Part shown: positions 19,701 to 27,634 of the stretch, piece by piece | Numbering within the stretch: position 1 is the first letter of the stretch | How the letters are laid out: every line of letters starts with the position of its first letter | Assembly: GCA_965203355.1 (NCBI GenBank) | Contig: OZ241889.1 | Location: forward strand, 96,001 to 160,000 | Source: Candidatus Latescibacterota bacterium | Lineage (GTDB): Bacteria > Latescibacterota > UBA2968 > UBA8231 | DNA: 64,000 nt | Direction: 5' to 3' | Notes under the pieces: generated by a model | What the model was told of the DNA's origin: nothing | What the model saw: the letters and a program-made list of their open reading frames with translations, nothing else | Databases searched by the model: none | Made by a program: the position numbers and the translations under genes

Positions 19701-20580
19701 GTGCGGGCCCCAGCGCGACCTGCGCGACGTTTTTGACGTAGATCGGGACGTTGTCGCGTGCCTTAATGACGGCGTTTTCAAGGTCGGCCAAGCCTTTGAC
19801 AAAGCCAATGCCGCGGATGACGTACTCCGCTCGATTCAGTTCTAGGGTGCGCGCACCCACGTCGCGGTTGGACCTGCGCACCGCGTGGAAAACCTCGTCA
19901 ATACGCACCCCGTAGGCGCGCATCGCGTCCGGGTTGACGTCGATCTGGTATTCCTGCACAAAGCCGCCGACCGAGGCTACCTCGCTGACGCCATCGGCCG
20001 CCAGCAGGGCATAGCGCACCTGCCAGTCTTGAATGCCGCGCAATGTGTGCAAATCCCAGCCGCCAGTGGGTTCCCCCGCTTCGTCGCGGCCTTCCAACGT
20101 GTACCAGAATACCTGCCCCAAGGCCGTTGCGTCCGGCCCCAAGGCTGGCCGTACTCCCTCCGGCAGCAGGCCGACCGGCAGGCTGTTGAGCTTTTCGAGG
20201 ATGCGGGAGCGCGACCAGTAGAAATCGACTTCTTCGGCAAAAATTACATAGATGCTCGAAAAGCCGAACATCGAAGTGCTGCGGATCGTTTCGACGCCCG
20301 GGACGCCCAAAAGCGCTGTGGTCAGCGGATAGGTCACCTGATCTTCCACGTCTTGCGGCGAGCGCCCCGGCCACTCGCTGAAGACGATCTGTTGATTCTC
20401 GCCGATGTCTGGGATCGCATCTACGGGTATGGGATCGCGCGGCAACCATTCCAACTCCCAAGCAAAGGGGGCAACCGCAAGGCCCCACCCCACGAGGCCG
20501 ACCAACATGAGCGCGACGACCAGTTTCCGCGCGATAAAGAAACGCTCCAAGCGGGCGAGCAACGAGTTTTGTCCTTCCAT
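16714..20580 (-). CDS. cusA: CusA/CzcA heavy-metal RND efflux permease
   Basis: DAIPDIGENQQIV, GPDATALG, AIAIGTMVD, MPTTMPH, RIRPCLMT. Confidence 0.95.
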   Translation of the reverse strand: MEGQNSLLARLERFFIARKLVVALMLVGLVGWGLAVAPFAWELEWLPRDPIPVDAIPDIGENQQIVFSEWPGRSPQDVEDQVTYPLTTALLGVPGVETIRSTSMFGFSSIYVIFAEEVDFYWSRSRILEKLNSLPVGLLPEGVRPALGPDATALGQVFWYTLEGRDEAGEPTGGWDLHTLRGIQDWQVRYALLAADGVSEVASVGGFVQEYQIDVNPDAMRAYGVRIDEVFHAVRRSNRDVGARTLELNRAEYVIRGIGFVKGLADLENAVIKARDNVPIYVKNVAQVALGPALRRGALDKEGAEVVGGVVVARYGANPLATIESVKAKIAEIAPSLPAKTLPDGRVSQVQIIPFYDRSGLIEETLGTLERALSEEVLVTVIVVLALVMNLRGAMLVSGLLPLAVLACFAAMKVFGIDANIVALSGIAIAIGTMVDMGIVISENILKHLEDADAEDDRLAVVGRATHEVGGAVLTAVLTTVVGFLPVFAMEGAEGKLFAPLAFTKTFALLAAVWLSLTALPALAHCAFGARLGRWAPGLWAACGLGVGIALSWWIGLLLIAIGTYHLLAARVPERVRLWVARGAVAAAAVGVVVVLAAHWLPLGPEKGGWRNFIFAAGLIGGLLALFRVLQGAFPRVLGWCLDHKGLALLFPLLLLLAGASAWLGFARVFGFVPPALRHSVPFVALAEALPGLGQEFMPPLDEGSFLWMPTTMPHASIGEVLDVLQKQNAAIAQIPEVESAVGKLGRAESPLDPAPISMIETVINYRAEYLTDADGRRLLFAFDEQATDLFRTSDGTPAPAPDGSPYEVPGRYRRDRAGRLVPDAGGRPFRLWRPPLDPALNSGRVAWPGIRRPDDIWAEIARAGQIPGSTSAPKLQPIAARLVMLQSGMRAPMGVEIKGPSLEAIERTGLEIERLLKEVPSVESATVNADRIVGKPYLEIHIAREAIARHGIALQKVQDVIEIAIGGKQVTTTVEGRTRYPVRVRYMRELRDSVEELVRILVPAPDGAQIPLGELAEIRYVRGPQVIKSEDAFLLGYVLFDKKPGYAEVDVVEACRAHLASKRASGDLVLEDGVSYTFAGRYENQLRAQKKLNVLLPLALAAIFLILYFQFGNAATALMVFSGVAVAWAGGFAMLWLYGQEWFLDFSVFGTPMRDLFHVRPLNLSVAVWVGFLALFGIASDNGVIVATYLRQVFRAQQPATVEAMRHAALAAGVRRIRPCLMTAATTILALIPVLTASGRGADLMLPMAIPTFGGMMAVVLTAPVVPVIYCAVEEWKLRVAAWRSVA

Positions 20581-22031
20581 CAGTGATGCTCATGCGTGGA
20601 GGATGTGGACGCGCTGCGCCCGTGCGCTGGCGCACCGCCTGTTGGATACATTGCGCTCGGCTTGGCGAGGATTTGGAGGGCACTGTCGATTTTGAATGCG
20701 CCGTTGACCACCACGTCCTCTCCCTCGTGCAGCCCCTCGCGGACCAAGTAATAGTCCCCAGCCCGCGGCCCGAGGACGACCTCGCGGCCCTCGTACAGGC
20801 CCTCGCCAAGTGCCGCGTACACCACGGCGCGTTTGCCGGTCAGGAGCGGTGCGGAAGCGGGCACCACCAGCGGCATCGCGTGCTCGGTCTCGTCGCCTGT
20901 GTCATACAGTGCTTCGGCGCGCACTAGGGCCATGCCGCAAATGTCGCAGGCACCGGGTGCATCGCGGACGATCTCTGGGTGCATTGGGCTAATCCACTTG
21001 CCCTTGAGCGCGGGCGCCATGGCACGCCCGTGGGCTCCCACCTCGGCTTGAGCCACCGCCCACACCAGCATGCCTGGCTTGAGCCGACCTTGCTCGTTTG
21101 CCACGTTGACGCGGACGCGCACCGTGCGCGTCCGCTCGTCCAGCACTGGATCGACGAAGGCTATCTGGCCGCTGAACACCTCGCCCGGATAGGCTTCCGT
21201 CGAAAATTCAACAGCCTGGCCGTAGTGGATCCAAGCCAGGTCCGATTCGTAGGCGTGGAGTTCCAGCCACAGCCGCGACAAATCCGCGAGGGTGTAAATC
21301 GGCGTCCCGGTCTGCACGTACGCGCCCTCGCTGAGGTGCTTTTCTATCACTACGCCGCCTGTTGGCGCGTAGATCGTCAGGTGATCGGAGGCGCGGCGCG
21401 CACGCTCGACGCGCTCGATTTGCTCATCCTTCAGCCCGAGCAGGCGCAGCTTTTCGCGCGCGGCCGCAACCGTCGCCTGTGCCATCGGCCCACTGTCAAC
21501 CAATCGCTCGCCAGCGTACAGGGCCTGGATCAGTTCCTCTTGGGCGGTCAGCAATTCGGGACTGTAGAGATAGGCTATGTGGTCGCCCTTTTCGACCCGC
21601 ACACCCGTGTAGTCCACGTAGAGCCGATCAATCCGGCCCGCTACCCAAGCGGTAATGGAGCGGACTTGCGTCTCATCTACCGCAATTTTGCCGACCATCC
21701 GCGTCTCGACCTGTGCGAAGCGGCGCTCGACCGGCGCAGTCTGGATGCTAGCAAGCGCCTGCGCGGCGGGCGAGAGGCGCAACTGGCGCGGCCCCAAGGA
21801 GTCGCCCGCGGCAGACGCAACCACCTCGACTAATTCCATCGCGCAGATTGGACACAGCCCCGGGCCGGGCCGGCGAATTTGCGGGTGCATCGAACAGGTC
21901 CACGTCTCGCCCTGCTCGGCGACCGCGGCGGGTGCGTGGCTCCGGTCCGAGCCGCTCAAACCCCACCCCACCGCCAAGCCGACGATCCCGGCCGCGATAC
22001 CGGTAGCTATTATTTGCTTTGTTGCTTTCAT
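20580..22031 (-). CDS. cusB: CusB-type RND periplasmic adaptor with heavy-metal-binding motifs
   Basis: WTCSMHP...CPICAMEL and SPMHP...CDICGMAL motifs; YSPELL; LKPGM. Confidence 0.93.
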   Translation of the reverse strand: MKATKQIIATGIAAGIVGLAVGWGLSGSDRSHAPAAVAEQGETWTCSMHPQIRRPGPGLCPICAMELVEVVASAAGDSLGPRQLRLSPAAQALASIQTAPVERRFAQVETRMVGKIAVDETQVRSITAWVAGRIDRLYVDYTGVRVEKGDHIAYLYSPELLTAQEELIQALYAGERLVDSGPMAQATVAAAREKLRLLGLKDEQIERVERARRASDHLTIYAPTGGVVIEKHLSEGAYVQTGTPIYTLADLSRLWLELHAYESDLAWIHYGQAVEFSTEAYPGEVFSGQIAFVDPVLDERTRTVRVRVNVANEQGRLKPGMLVWAVAQAEVGAHGRAMAPALKGKWISPMHPEIVRDAPGACDICGMALVRAEALYDTGDETEHAMPLVVPASAPLLTGKRAVVYAALGEGLYEGREVVLGPRAGDYYLVREGLHEGEDVVVNGAFKIDSALQILAKPSAMYPTGGAPAHGRSASTSSTHEHH

Positions 22032-23284
22032 GGTTGGATTTCCTCGGTGGGTTCGCCGACCAGCTTTTCAATCTCGGCCCAATGCAGGGCTTGGTCGGTA
22101 CGGGCGCGTTCATACGCTAGCTGGAATTCCAGCCGCGTGCGTTGGGCGTCAATGACTGCGAGAAAATCGCTGCGGTCAGCGGCAAAGGCGCGTTGAGTTA
22201 CGTTGAGCACCTGTTCGGCTTTAGGCAGCAGGCTATCTCGGTAGAGGGCGCTGCGGCTTTGGGCGTCGCGCAGCTTGTACAAGGCCAGTTCCAGCTCGGC
22301 AAAGAGCCTATTTCCCTCATCCGCAACGCCCTGCAAGGCGGCCTGATGGCTCAGCTTGGCCGCGCGTTGTCCGGCCTCGTAGGACGAGCGCCACAAGGGC
22401 AAATTGAGCGTGGCCATGGCCATCAGCGGATTCGCACCCCGCTCGCCGATGTGGATGTAATCGAGGCTCACCGTCAAGTCCGGGTAGAACTGCTTACCGG
22501 CCAACTCGACGCCCAAGGACTGTACCTGCGCTCGCGCGCGCTGCATTTGCAGCGTTGGGTTCGCAGCTTGCAAACGCGCTTTGAGCACCGCCTCGTCTAG
22601 GTCCAACGCAGGCGTGGACAGCGAATCGGGCGCGGCTATCGGCGCGGTCGCCGGGCGGCCGAGCGCAGCATTCAACCGGGCCGTGGCGGGCCGCCATTGC
22701 TGACGCAGGCTGTGCAACCGATCCGCTAAGCGACCCAATTCCACCTGCGCTTTGAGCACCGGAGCGTACTCGCCGGTGCCGCCGCGATAGCGCGTGCGGC
22801 TTACTTCTTCTAGGTGGGCCAACAGCCGCGCGTTTTCCTCGCTGACCGCGATGGCCCGCGCCAAAAAGTAGGAGTCGTAGTACGCGGCTTTGACTTCGAA
22901 AACCAGCAACCGCCGCACGGCCTCATAGCCCTGGCCCTCGACCGCGGCGGCGCGCTGGGCGATTTGTCCCTTGAGCGCCAATTTGCCCTTCCACGGGAAG
23001 GTTTGCGCCGCGCTAAAGCGCATTTCCTGCGGGCCGGTGCGCGTCTCCACCGGGCGCGCAAAATAGCCGTAGGTCAGGCGGGGATCGGGCCAAGCGCGCG
23101 CCGGGGCGACCTGTGCTAGGGCGGCTTTATAACGCGCCAAAGCCTGCTTGAGCTTGGGATTGTGCTGTTCGGCGTAGCGCACGTACTCCGCGAGTTCGGC
23201 GCCGGGATCGAGTGCTGCTTTCTGCGCCCAAACCGGCCCCGCGAGCAGACCAGCTAGCAGCAGGGCCATCCTATTTTTGTCCAT
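22028..23284 (-). CDS. TolC-family outer membrane factor
   Basis: Signal peptide; QTFPWKGKL; YPDL; operon position upstream of cusB. Confidence 0.9.
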   Translation of the reverse strand: MDKNRMALLLAGLLAGPVWAQKAALDPGAELAEYVRYAEQHNPKLKQALARYKAALAQVAPARAWPDPRLTYGYFARPVETRTGPQEMRFSAAQTFPWKGKLALKGQIAQRAAAVEGQGYEAVRRLLVFEVKAAYYDSYFLARAIAVSEENARLLAHLEEVSRTRYRGGTGEYAPVLKAQVELGRLADRLHSLRQQWRPATARLNAALGRPATAPIAAPDSLSTPALDLDEAVLKARLQAANPTLQMQRARAQVQSLGVELAGKQFYPDLTVSLDYIHIGERGANPLMAMATLNLPLWRSSYEAGQRAAKLSHQAALQGVADEGNRLFAELELALYKLRDAQSRSALYRDSLLPKAEQVLNVTQRAFAADRSDFLAVIDAQRTRLEFQLAYERARTDQALHWAEIEKLVGEPTEEIQP

Positions 23285-23402
23285 GCCAATACTCCTCGCC
23301 GCACGGGGTCTATGGCCCCCGCAAATTGAGTGGAAGATGAGACTTAAGAAGCGTCTGAAATTCCGGGTGTGCCTATTTGAGACAAACTCGGTGCGGCGAG
23401 AA

Positions 23403-23759
23403 TCAGATCAGGAAGGAACAGTAGAGTTGGAAAAGTGGAGGATGCGGTTGGGAAATGGGGGGGGGCAGCGGTCGCAGCGCAGCCGAGCGAGGCCGTGGCA
23501 GAGCGGCCGCAGCCATGCCGACCAACGGCGTTGAGACGGATGCCTGCTCGGCCAGCGCGATAAACCGAGGAGACGCGCTGTTGGATTCGGTCCGCAGACA
23601 GCAACAACCGGCTTGCAGGCTCTCGCCGCCGCAAGCATGGGCGACGTGGCAGGGCATGGGCGCGGCCGCTGCGACCGGAGCGCAGAAAACCTGCAAGCCG
23701 CTACAGGCAAAAGCCAGCAGCAGGACTAAAGACGCGGTTGTGAGGCGAAATTTTTTCAT
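23403..23759 (-). CDS. Small Cys/His-rich exported protein heading the metal efflux operon
   Basis: Hydrophobic N-terminus, PCH...GCCC, Pro-rich tail ending LYCSFLI; typical of ORFs preceding metal RND operons. Confidence 0.6.
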   Translation of the reverse strand: MKKFRLTTASLVLLLAFACSGLQVFCAPVAAAAPMPCHVAHACGGESLQAGCCCLRTESNSASPRFIALAEQASVSTPLVGMAAAALPRPRSAALRPLPPPISQPHPPLFQLYCSFLI

Positions 23760-23978
23760 TAGTACTCAGTACGCAAATAGACGGCGGGCCGAATAAAGAA
23801 GTTTCACGGAATTAGCACAAGGGAAAAATTCGATAGTGGTACGTTTTGAAATTTAGCTTTACTCCCGTTGAACGGGTCGCCCCGGCTCCGCCTGAACCCC
23901 GGCGACCCAAGCCCGACCGAAAACGAAAACGCACCGCGACAATTGGAGATTGCAAAATGTACCACGACCCAAAATTCG

Positions 23979-24695
23979 CTACTTAGACACCATCTTGCGC
24001 ACGCCTCGTTCGTACACCACTTCGTACTCACCCTCCGGCACCTCCATATTCCGCACGGCCAATTCGCCCATCGTCACCAGCGGCTCAGACTTCAAAAGCA
24101 GTTCATCGAACGATTCCTCGGGCGTCTTGCCAGTGGTGTCCAAGACGACTGTGCGCCGCTGATGGGTAAATAGCGACGCGGCAATTTCTTCCTCAAAGCG
24201 CGCTTTGACCTCGGCAATGTGCTCTGGACGCACGACCGGATATGCGTGCGGACGGTCCTGCATCCGCCGCGCGATCTCCTCGTCGGAGGCCGTTACGTGA
24301 AATAGCACCACATCGGGTAGATGGGCCTCTAAAACCAAAGATTCGTAGAGCCGCTGAAAGCCGTAGTGGAAGTTCGGGTAGTAAAAGCTGTCCGGGTCGT
24401 CGCCGTAAAAGCGGGTGTACACGGCCTCCTCTAAATGCCAGCCGACAATCAGCGGACAGGCGTACTTTTTGATAATGTCCACGTGGTAGTGGATCTGCAT
24501 CCGCTGGGAGCGCTCCTTCATGTCGTCGGGCAGGCCGACCAAGATCTGGCGCGATTCCGGGCTGAGCGAAGCGTCGGGAAGGGTGAAGTGATCGTCGCCG
24601 TGGATGGGCACTCGGCGGCGGCGATAGTATTCCCCGAGCATGGTGGCCAGCGTACTTTTCCCCGCGTATTCAATGCCTGCGAAAATGCTGCGCAT
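23979..24695 (-). CDS. P-loop nucleoside monophosphate kinase-like hypothetical protein
   Basis: N-terminal GIEYAGKST; ASDEEIARR lid-like segment; LDTTGKT; AAGGAG RBS. Confidence 0.65.
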   Translation of the reverse strand: MRSIFAGIEYAGKSTLATMLGEYYRRRRVPIHGDDHFTLPDASLSPESRQILVGLPDDMKERSQRMQIHYHVDIIKKYACPLIVGWHLEEAVYTRFYGDDPDSFYYPNFHYGFQRLYESLVLEAHLPDVVLFHVTASDEEIARRMQDRPHAYPVVRPEHIAEVKARFEEEIAASLFTHQRRTVVLDTTGKTPEESFDELLLKSEPLVTMGELAVRNMEVPEGEYEVVYERGVRKMVSK

Positions 24696-24784
24696 GTTTG
24701 CTCTCCTTTGGGCTTTCCAAGACGGCGTTGGCGAATATATTCTCAAAAGTAAGTCGCTGTACACCCTCCAGCAAACGCCCGCTT

Positions 24785-25801
24785 ATGCCCACTAGCCCAG
24801 CCAAAATTGGCGTCCTCGTCGCCCAGCTCGGCACACCGCAAGCACCCACCGCCCGCGCCCTGCGACCCTATCTGCGTCAATTCCTCTCGGATCCGCGCGT
24901 CATCGATCTACACCCGCTCAAGTGGTATCCCATTCTCTATCTGTTTGTCCTCACCCGCCGCCCGGCGCGCTCGGCCGCCCTGTACGCCAACATCTGGACC
25001 GACGAAGGCTCGCCCCTCATGGTCCATTCCCTAGCGCAGACCCGAGGCTTGCAAGAGCGCTTGGGCGCGGCGTATCGGGTCGTGCTCGGCATGCGCTATG
25101 GCGAGCCGAGCATCGCACGCGCCATCCAGTCTTTAGAAAGCGAAGGCATCGAGCGCATTCTCGTCTTTCCCATGTACCCGCAGTTTTCCTGCGCCACCAC
25201 CGGCTCGATCTACGACGCGGTCAATCGCGCCGCTTTGGGCCGACGCTGTCCTTGGTTTTTCGACCGCAAACGCCAGATGCCAGCGCTGCGCTTTGTCCCG
25301 CCCTACGCAGACCACCCCGCGTACATCAACGCGCTCAAACAGTCGGTCGCCGCCGCCGTCGCCCGCCTCAGTTGGACGCCTGACCGCTACCTAATCACTT
25401 TTCACGGCATTCCCCAGCGCTACGTCGATGAAGGCGACCCGTACCGCCGCCAGTGTGAGGAAACCGCGCGCCAGCTAGCCACAGCGCTTGGCCTCGCAGA
25501 CGACGAATGGGTCGGCGGCTTCCAGTCGCGCTTTGGCAAAGAGCCTTGGCTAGCGCCTTATACCGAGGACGTGCTAGCGCACCTCGGGGGGCAGGGCGTG
25601 CGCCGCTTAGTCGCCATCTGCCCCGGCTTCACCGCCGATTGCCTCGAGACGCTCGACGAGATTGGCCGCGAAGGGGCCGAGCAGTTTTCCCACGGGGGCG
25701 GCCAACAGTTCTGCCTAGTACCCTGCCTCAACGATCACCCGGCTTGGCTCGACGCTATGGCAGCCATTGCCCGTCGAGAACTGGCCGGCTGGGATGCCTG
25801 A
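24785..25801 (+). CDS. hemH: Ferrochelatase
   Basis: QLGTP, FLSDPRVI, PMYPQFS, FHGIP, FQSRFG, DCLETLDEI, PCLND. Confidence 0.96.
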   Translation: MPTSPAKIGVLVAQLGTPQAPTARALRPYLRQFLSDPRVIDLHPLKWYPILYLFVLTRRPARSAALYANIWTDEGSPLMVHSLAQTRGLQERLGAAYRVVLGMRYGEPSIARAIQSLESEGIERILVFPMYPQFSCATTGSIYDAVNRAALGRRCPWFFDRKRQMPALRFVPPYADHPAYINALKQSVAAAVARLSWTPDRYLITFHGIPQRYVDEGDPYRRQCEETARQLATALGLADDEWVGGFQSRFGKEPWLAPYTEDVLAHLGGQGVRRLVAICPGFTADCLETLDEIGREGAEQFSHGGGQQFCLVPCLNDHPAWLDAMAAIARRELAGWDA

Positions 25802-25860
25802 AAGCCATGTGTCGTTTACTTGACAATTATGTGACTCTTTTGTCATCTTAGCGCGGCTCT

Positions 25861-26970
25861 ATGGACAAGCTACCTCTCGCGCTCGAACGCAAACTCATCC
25901 GCCTCGGCACTCGTCTCATCGACCAAAAGCGCGGCCGACGCCTCGTCGAACCGACCAAAGACAGCGACGGCTTCTGGTTTGGCGGCGGCAACTCGGTCCG
26001 CGATCCGCGCGATGATAGCCTCTGGCTCATCGGCCGCTACCGCGACGCGGGCGACAGCCGCACCGGGCTGACCGCTGGCTCCCGCGGCCGCGCCCTAGCC
26101 ATTTTTCGCTCAACGGACAACGGACGGACCTTTGCCAAGGTTCGCACTTGGGACAAATCCGATCTCTACTGCGGCTCGGCCGTGCTCAGCATCGAGGGCA
26201 GTGCTCTGCGCCTCAACAAACGCCGCGTCCAAGTGCTGGTCTCCACTGAGAAAGTTCGCCTCTACCCACGGCCCGTCGCCGCTTTTCAGAAGCCAGGCAC
26301 CGGCGTCTGGAGCATCGACGCCTTCTCCGCCCCCTCCATCGACCAACTCGACCCACAGGAGTCGATTGCCCCGCTGCTGACGAGCGACGACCCAGCCTAT
26401 CTACACCTCAAAGACCCCAATCTCTCAGCCGGCATGGGCCGGCGGCCGCTGCTGCTCTATTGCAGCCATCCGTACACTTGGTCTGCCAGCACTTCGGGCC
26501 GCGCCGCGCTCGCGGCGGACTCATGCACGAGCCACAGCCACGACTTCTTTCCCCGCGGCCCAACCTGGGATGTGGCGGCTTTGCGCGTCACCTGCCGCCT
26601 GCCTGTGCCCAAGGTGGGCGCGTTTGCTGGCTTGCCCAAGCTCTCGCTCTACTTCTACGACGGGGCCGAATCCATGCGCCCGCTCAAAGCACATGCAAAG
26701 GCGGTCGCCCGTCCGCGCGGCTACTCCTGCGAGGAATTGGGCGGCTTGGCGTACGGCTTTGATCGCCAGTTTCCGCACCTCCACCGTCTCAGCCTCCTCC
26801 AGCCGCTCTTTGTCTCGCCGGAAGGCACGGGTTGCTCGCGCTACGTGTCCGTGCTGACCGAAGCAGACAGCGGGCTTTTCGCCACTTGGCAGCGCTCGAC
26901 CCCGGCCCGCTCGCAGCCGCTTTTCGGCCATCGGCTCACGCCAAAGCGGGTCGCGTCTCTGCTTTCCTGA
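25861..26970 (+). CDS. Beta-propeller (sialidase/glycoside hydrolase-like) hypothetical protein
   Basis: Asp-box STDNGRTF; WFGGG, SIEG, KDP, YDGAE, RY motifs. Confidence 0.55.
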   Translation: MDKLPLALERKLIRLGTRLIDQKRGRRLVEPTKDSDGFWFGGGNSVRDPRDDSLWLIGRYRDAGDSRTGLTAGSRGRALAIFRSTDNGRTFAKVRTWDKSDLYCGSAVLSIEGSALRLNKRRVQVLVSTEKVRLYPRPVAAFQKPGTGVWSIDAFSAPSIDQLDPQESIAPLLTSDDPAYLHLKDPNLSAGMGRRPLLLYCSHPYTWSASTSGRAALAADSCTSHSHDFFPRGPTWDVAALRVTCRLPVPKVGAFAGLPKLSLYFYDGAESMRPLKAHAKAVARPRGYSCEELGGLAYGFDRQFPHLHRLSLLQPLFVSPEGTGCSRYVSVLTEADSGLFATWQRSTPARSQPLFGHRLTPKRVASLLS

Positions 26971-26976
26971 GTTTTC

Positions 26977-27627
26977 CTAGGGGGTGTCCAGCCGCGCCCG
27001 CAGCCAAGCGTCCAAGTCCGCCAAGCACGGCTGGGCAATCGCGTGAGGCATGTCGTATTCTTTGTACCGCAAGTCCAATCCGAGCGGGAGCAGCATATCT
27101 CTGGAGGCGCGGGCTTGAGCAATCGGGATGACTGGATCAAAGCGCCCGTGCGACATGAAAACCTTCAGGTCCTGTACCGACGCCGTATCCTCGGGCAACA
27201 TCTCCAGACAGCACAGCCCGCTCAATGCAATGGCCCCGGCAAAGTCCCGCGGCCGTTTTAGCGCGGCCGCCAGCGCCATGCTCGCCCCTTGGCTGAAGCC
27301 CGCGATGAAGATGCGAGTTGGCCGGTGTTCTTGCCGCAGCGCCGCCACCAAGGCCAAGACTTGCGCTAGCGGCGCTGCGGCCTCGGCAAAAGCAAAGCGC
27401 ACCCCGTCCGCGCCGATCTCGACATGAAACCAGGCAAAACCGCCAAAATCGAGCGCGTAGGGTGCGCGGGCACTGACGCAAATCAGCCGCGCATCCAAGT
27501 GTGGCGCCAAGCCCAGCAGATCCGCCTCGTTGGCACCATAGCCGTGCAAAAGCAGGAGTAGCGGCGCACCCTTGGGGGGCGCGTCGGGCGCCTTGTGGAC
27601 AACGTGGTACAGAGAGGCGGTGGTCAT
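26977..27627 (-). CDS. Phospholipase/carboxylesterase (alpha/beta hydrolase)
   Basis: LLHGYG, GFSQG, HGRFDPVI, catalytic His in MPH. Confidence 0.92.
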   Translation of the reverse strand: MTTASLYHVVHKAPDAPPKGAPLLLLLHGYGANEADLLGLAPHLDARLICVSARAPYALDFGGFAWFHVEIGADGVRFAFAEAAAPLAQVLALVAALRQEHRPTRIFIAGFSQGASMALAAALKRPRDFAGAIALSGLCCLEMLPEDTASVQDLKVFMSHGRFDPVIPIAQARASRDMLLPLGLDLRYKEYDMPHAIAQPCLADLDAWLRARLDTP

Positions 27628-27634
27628 ATCGCCG

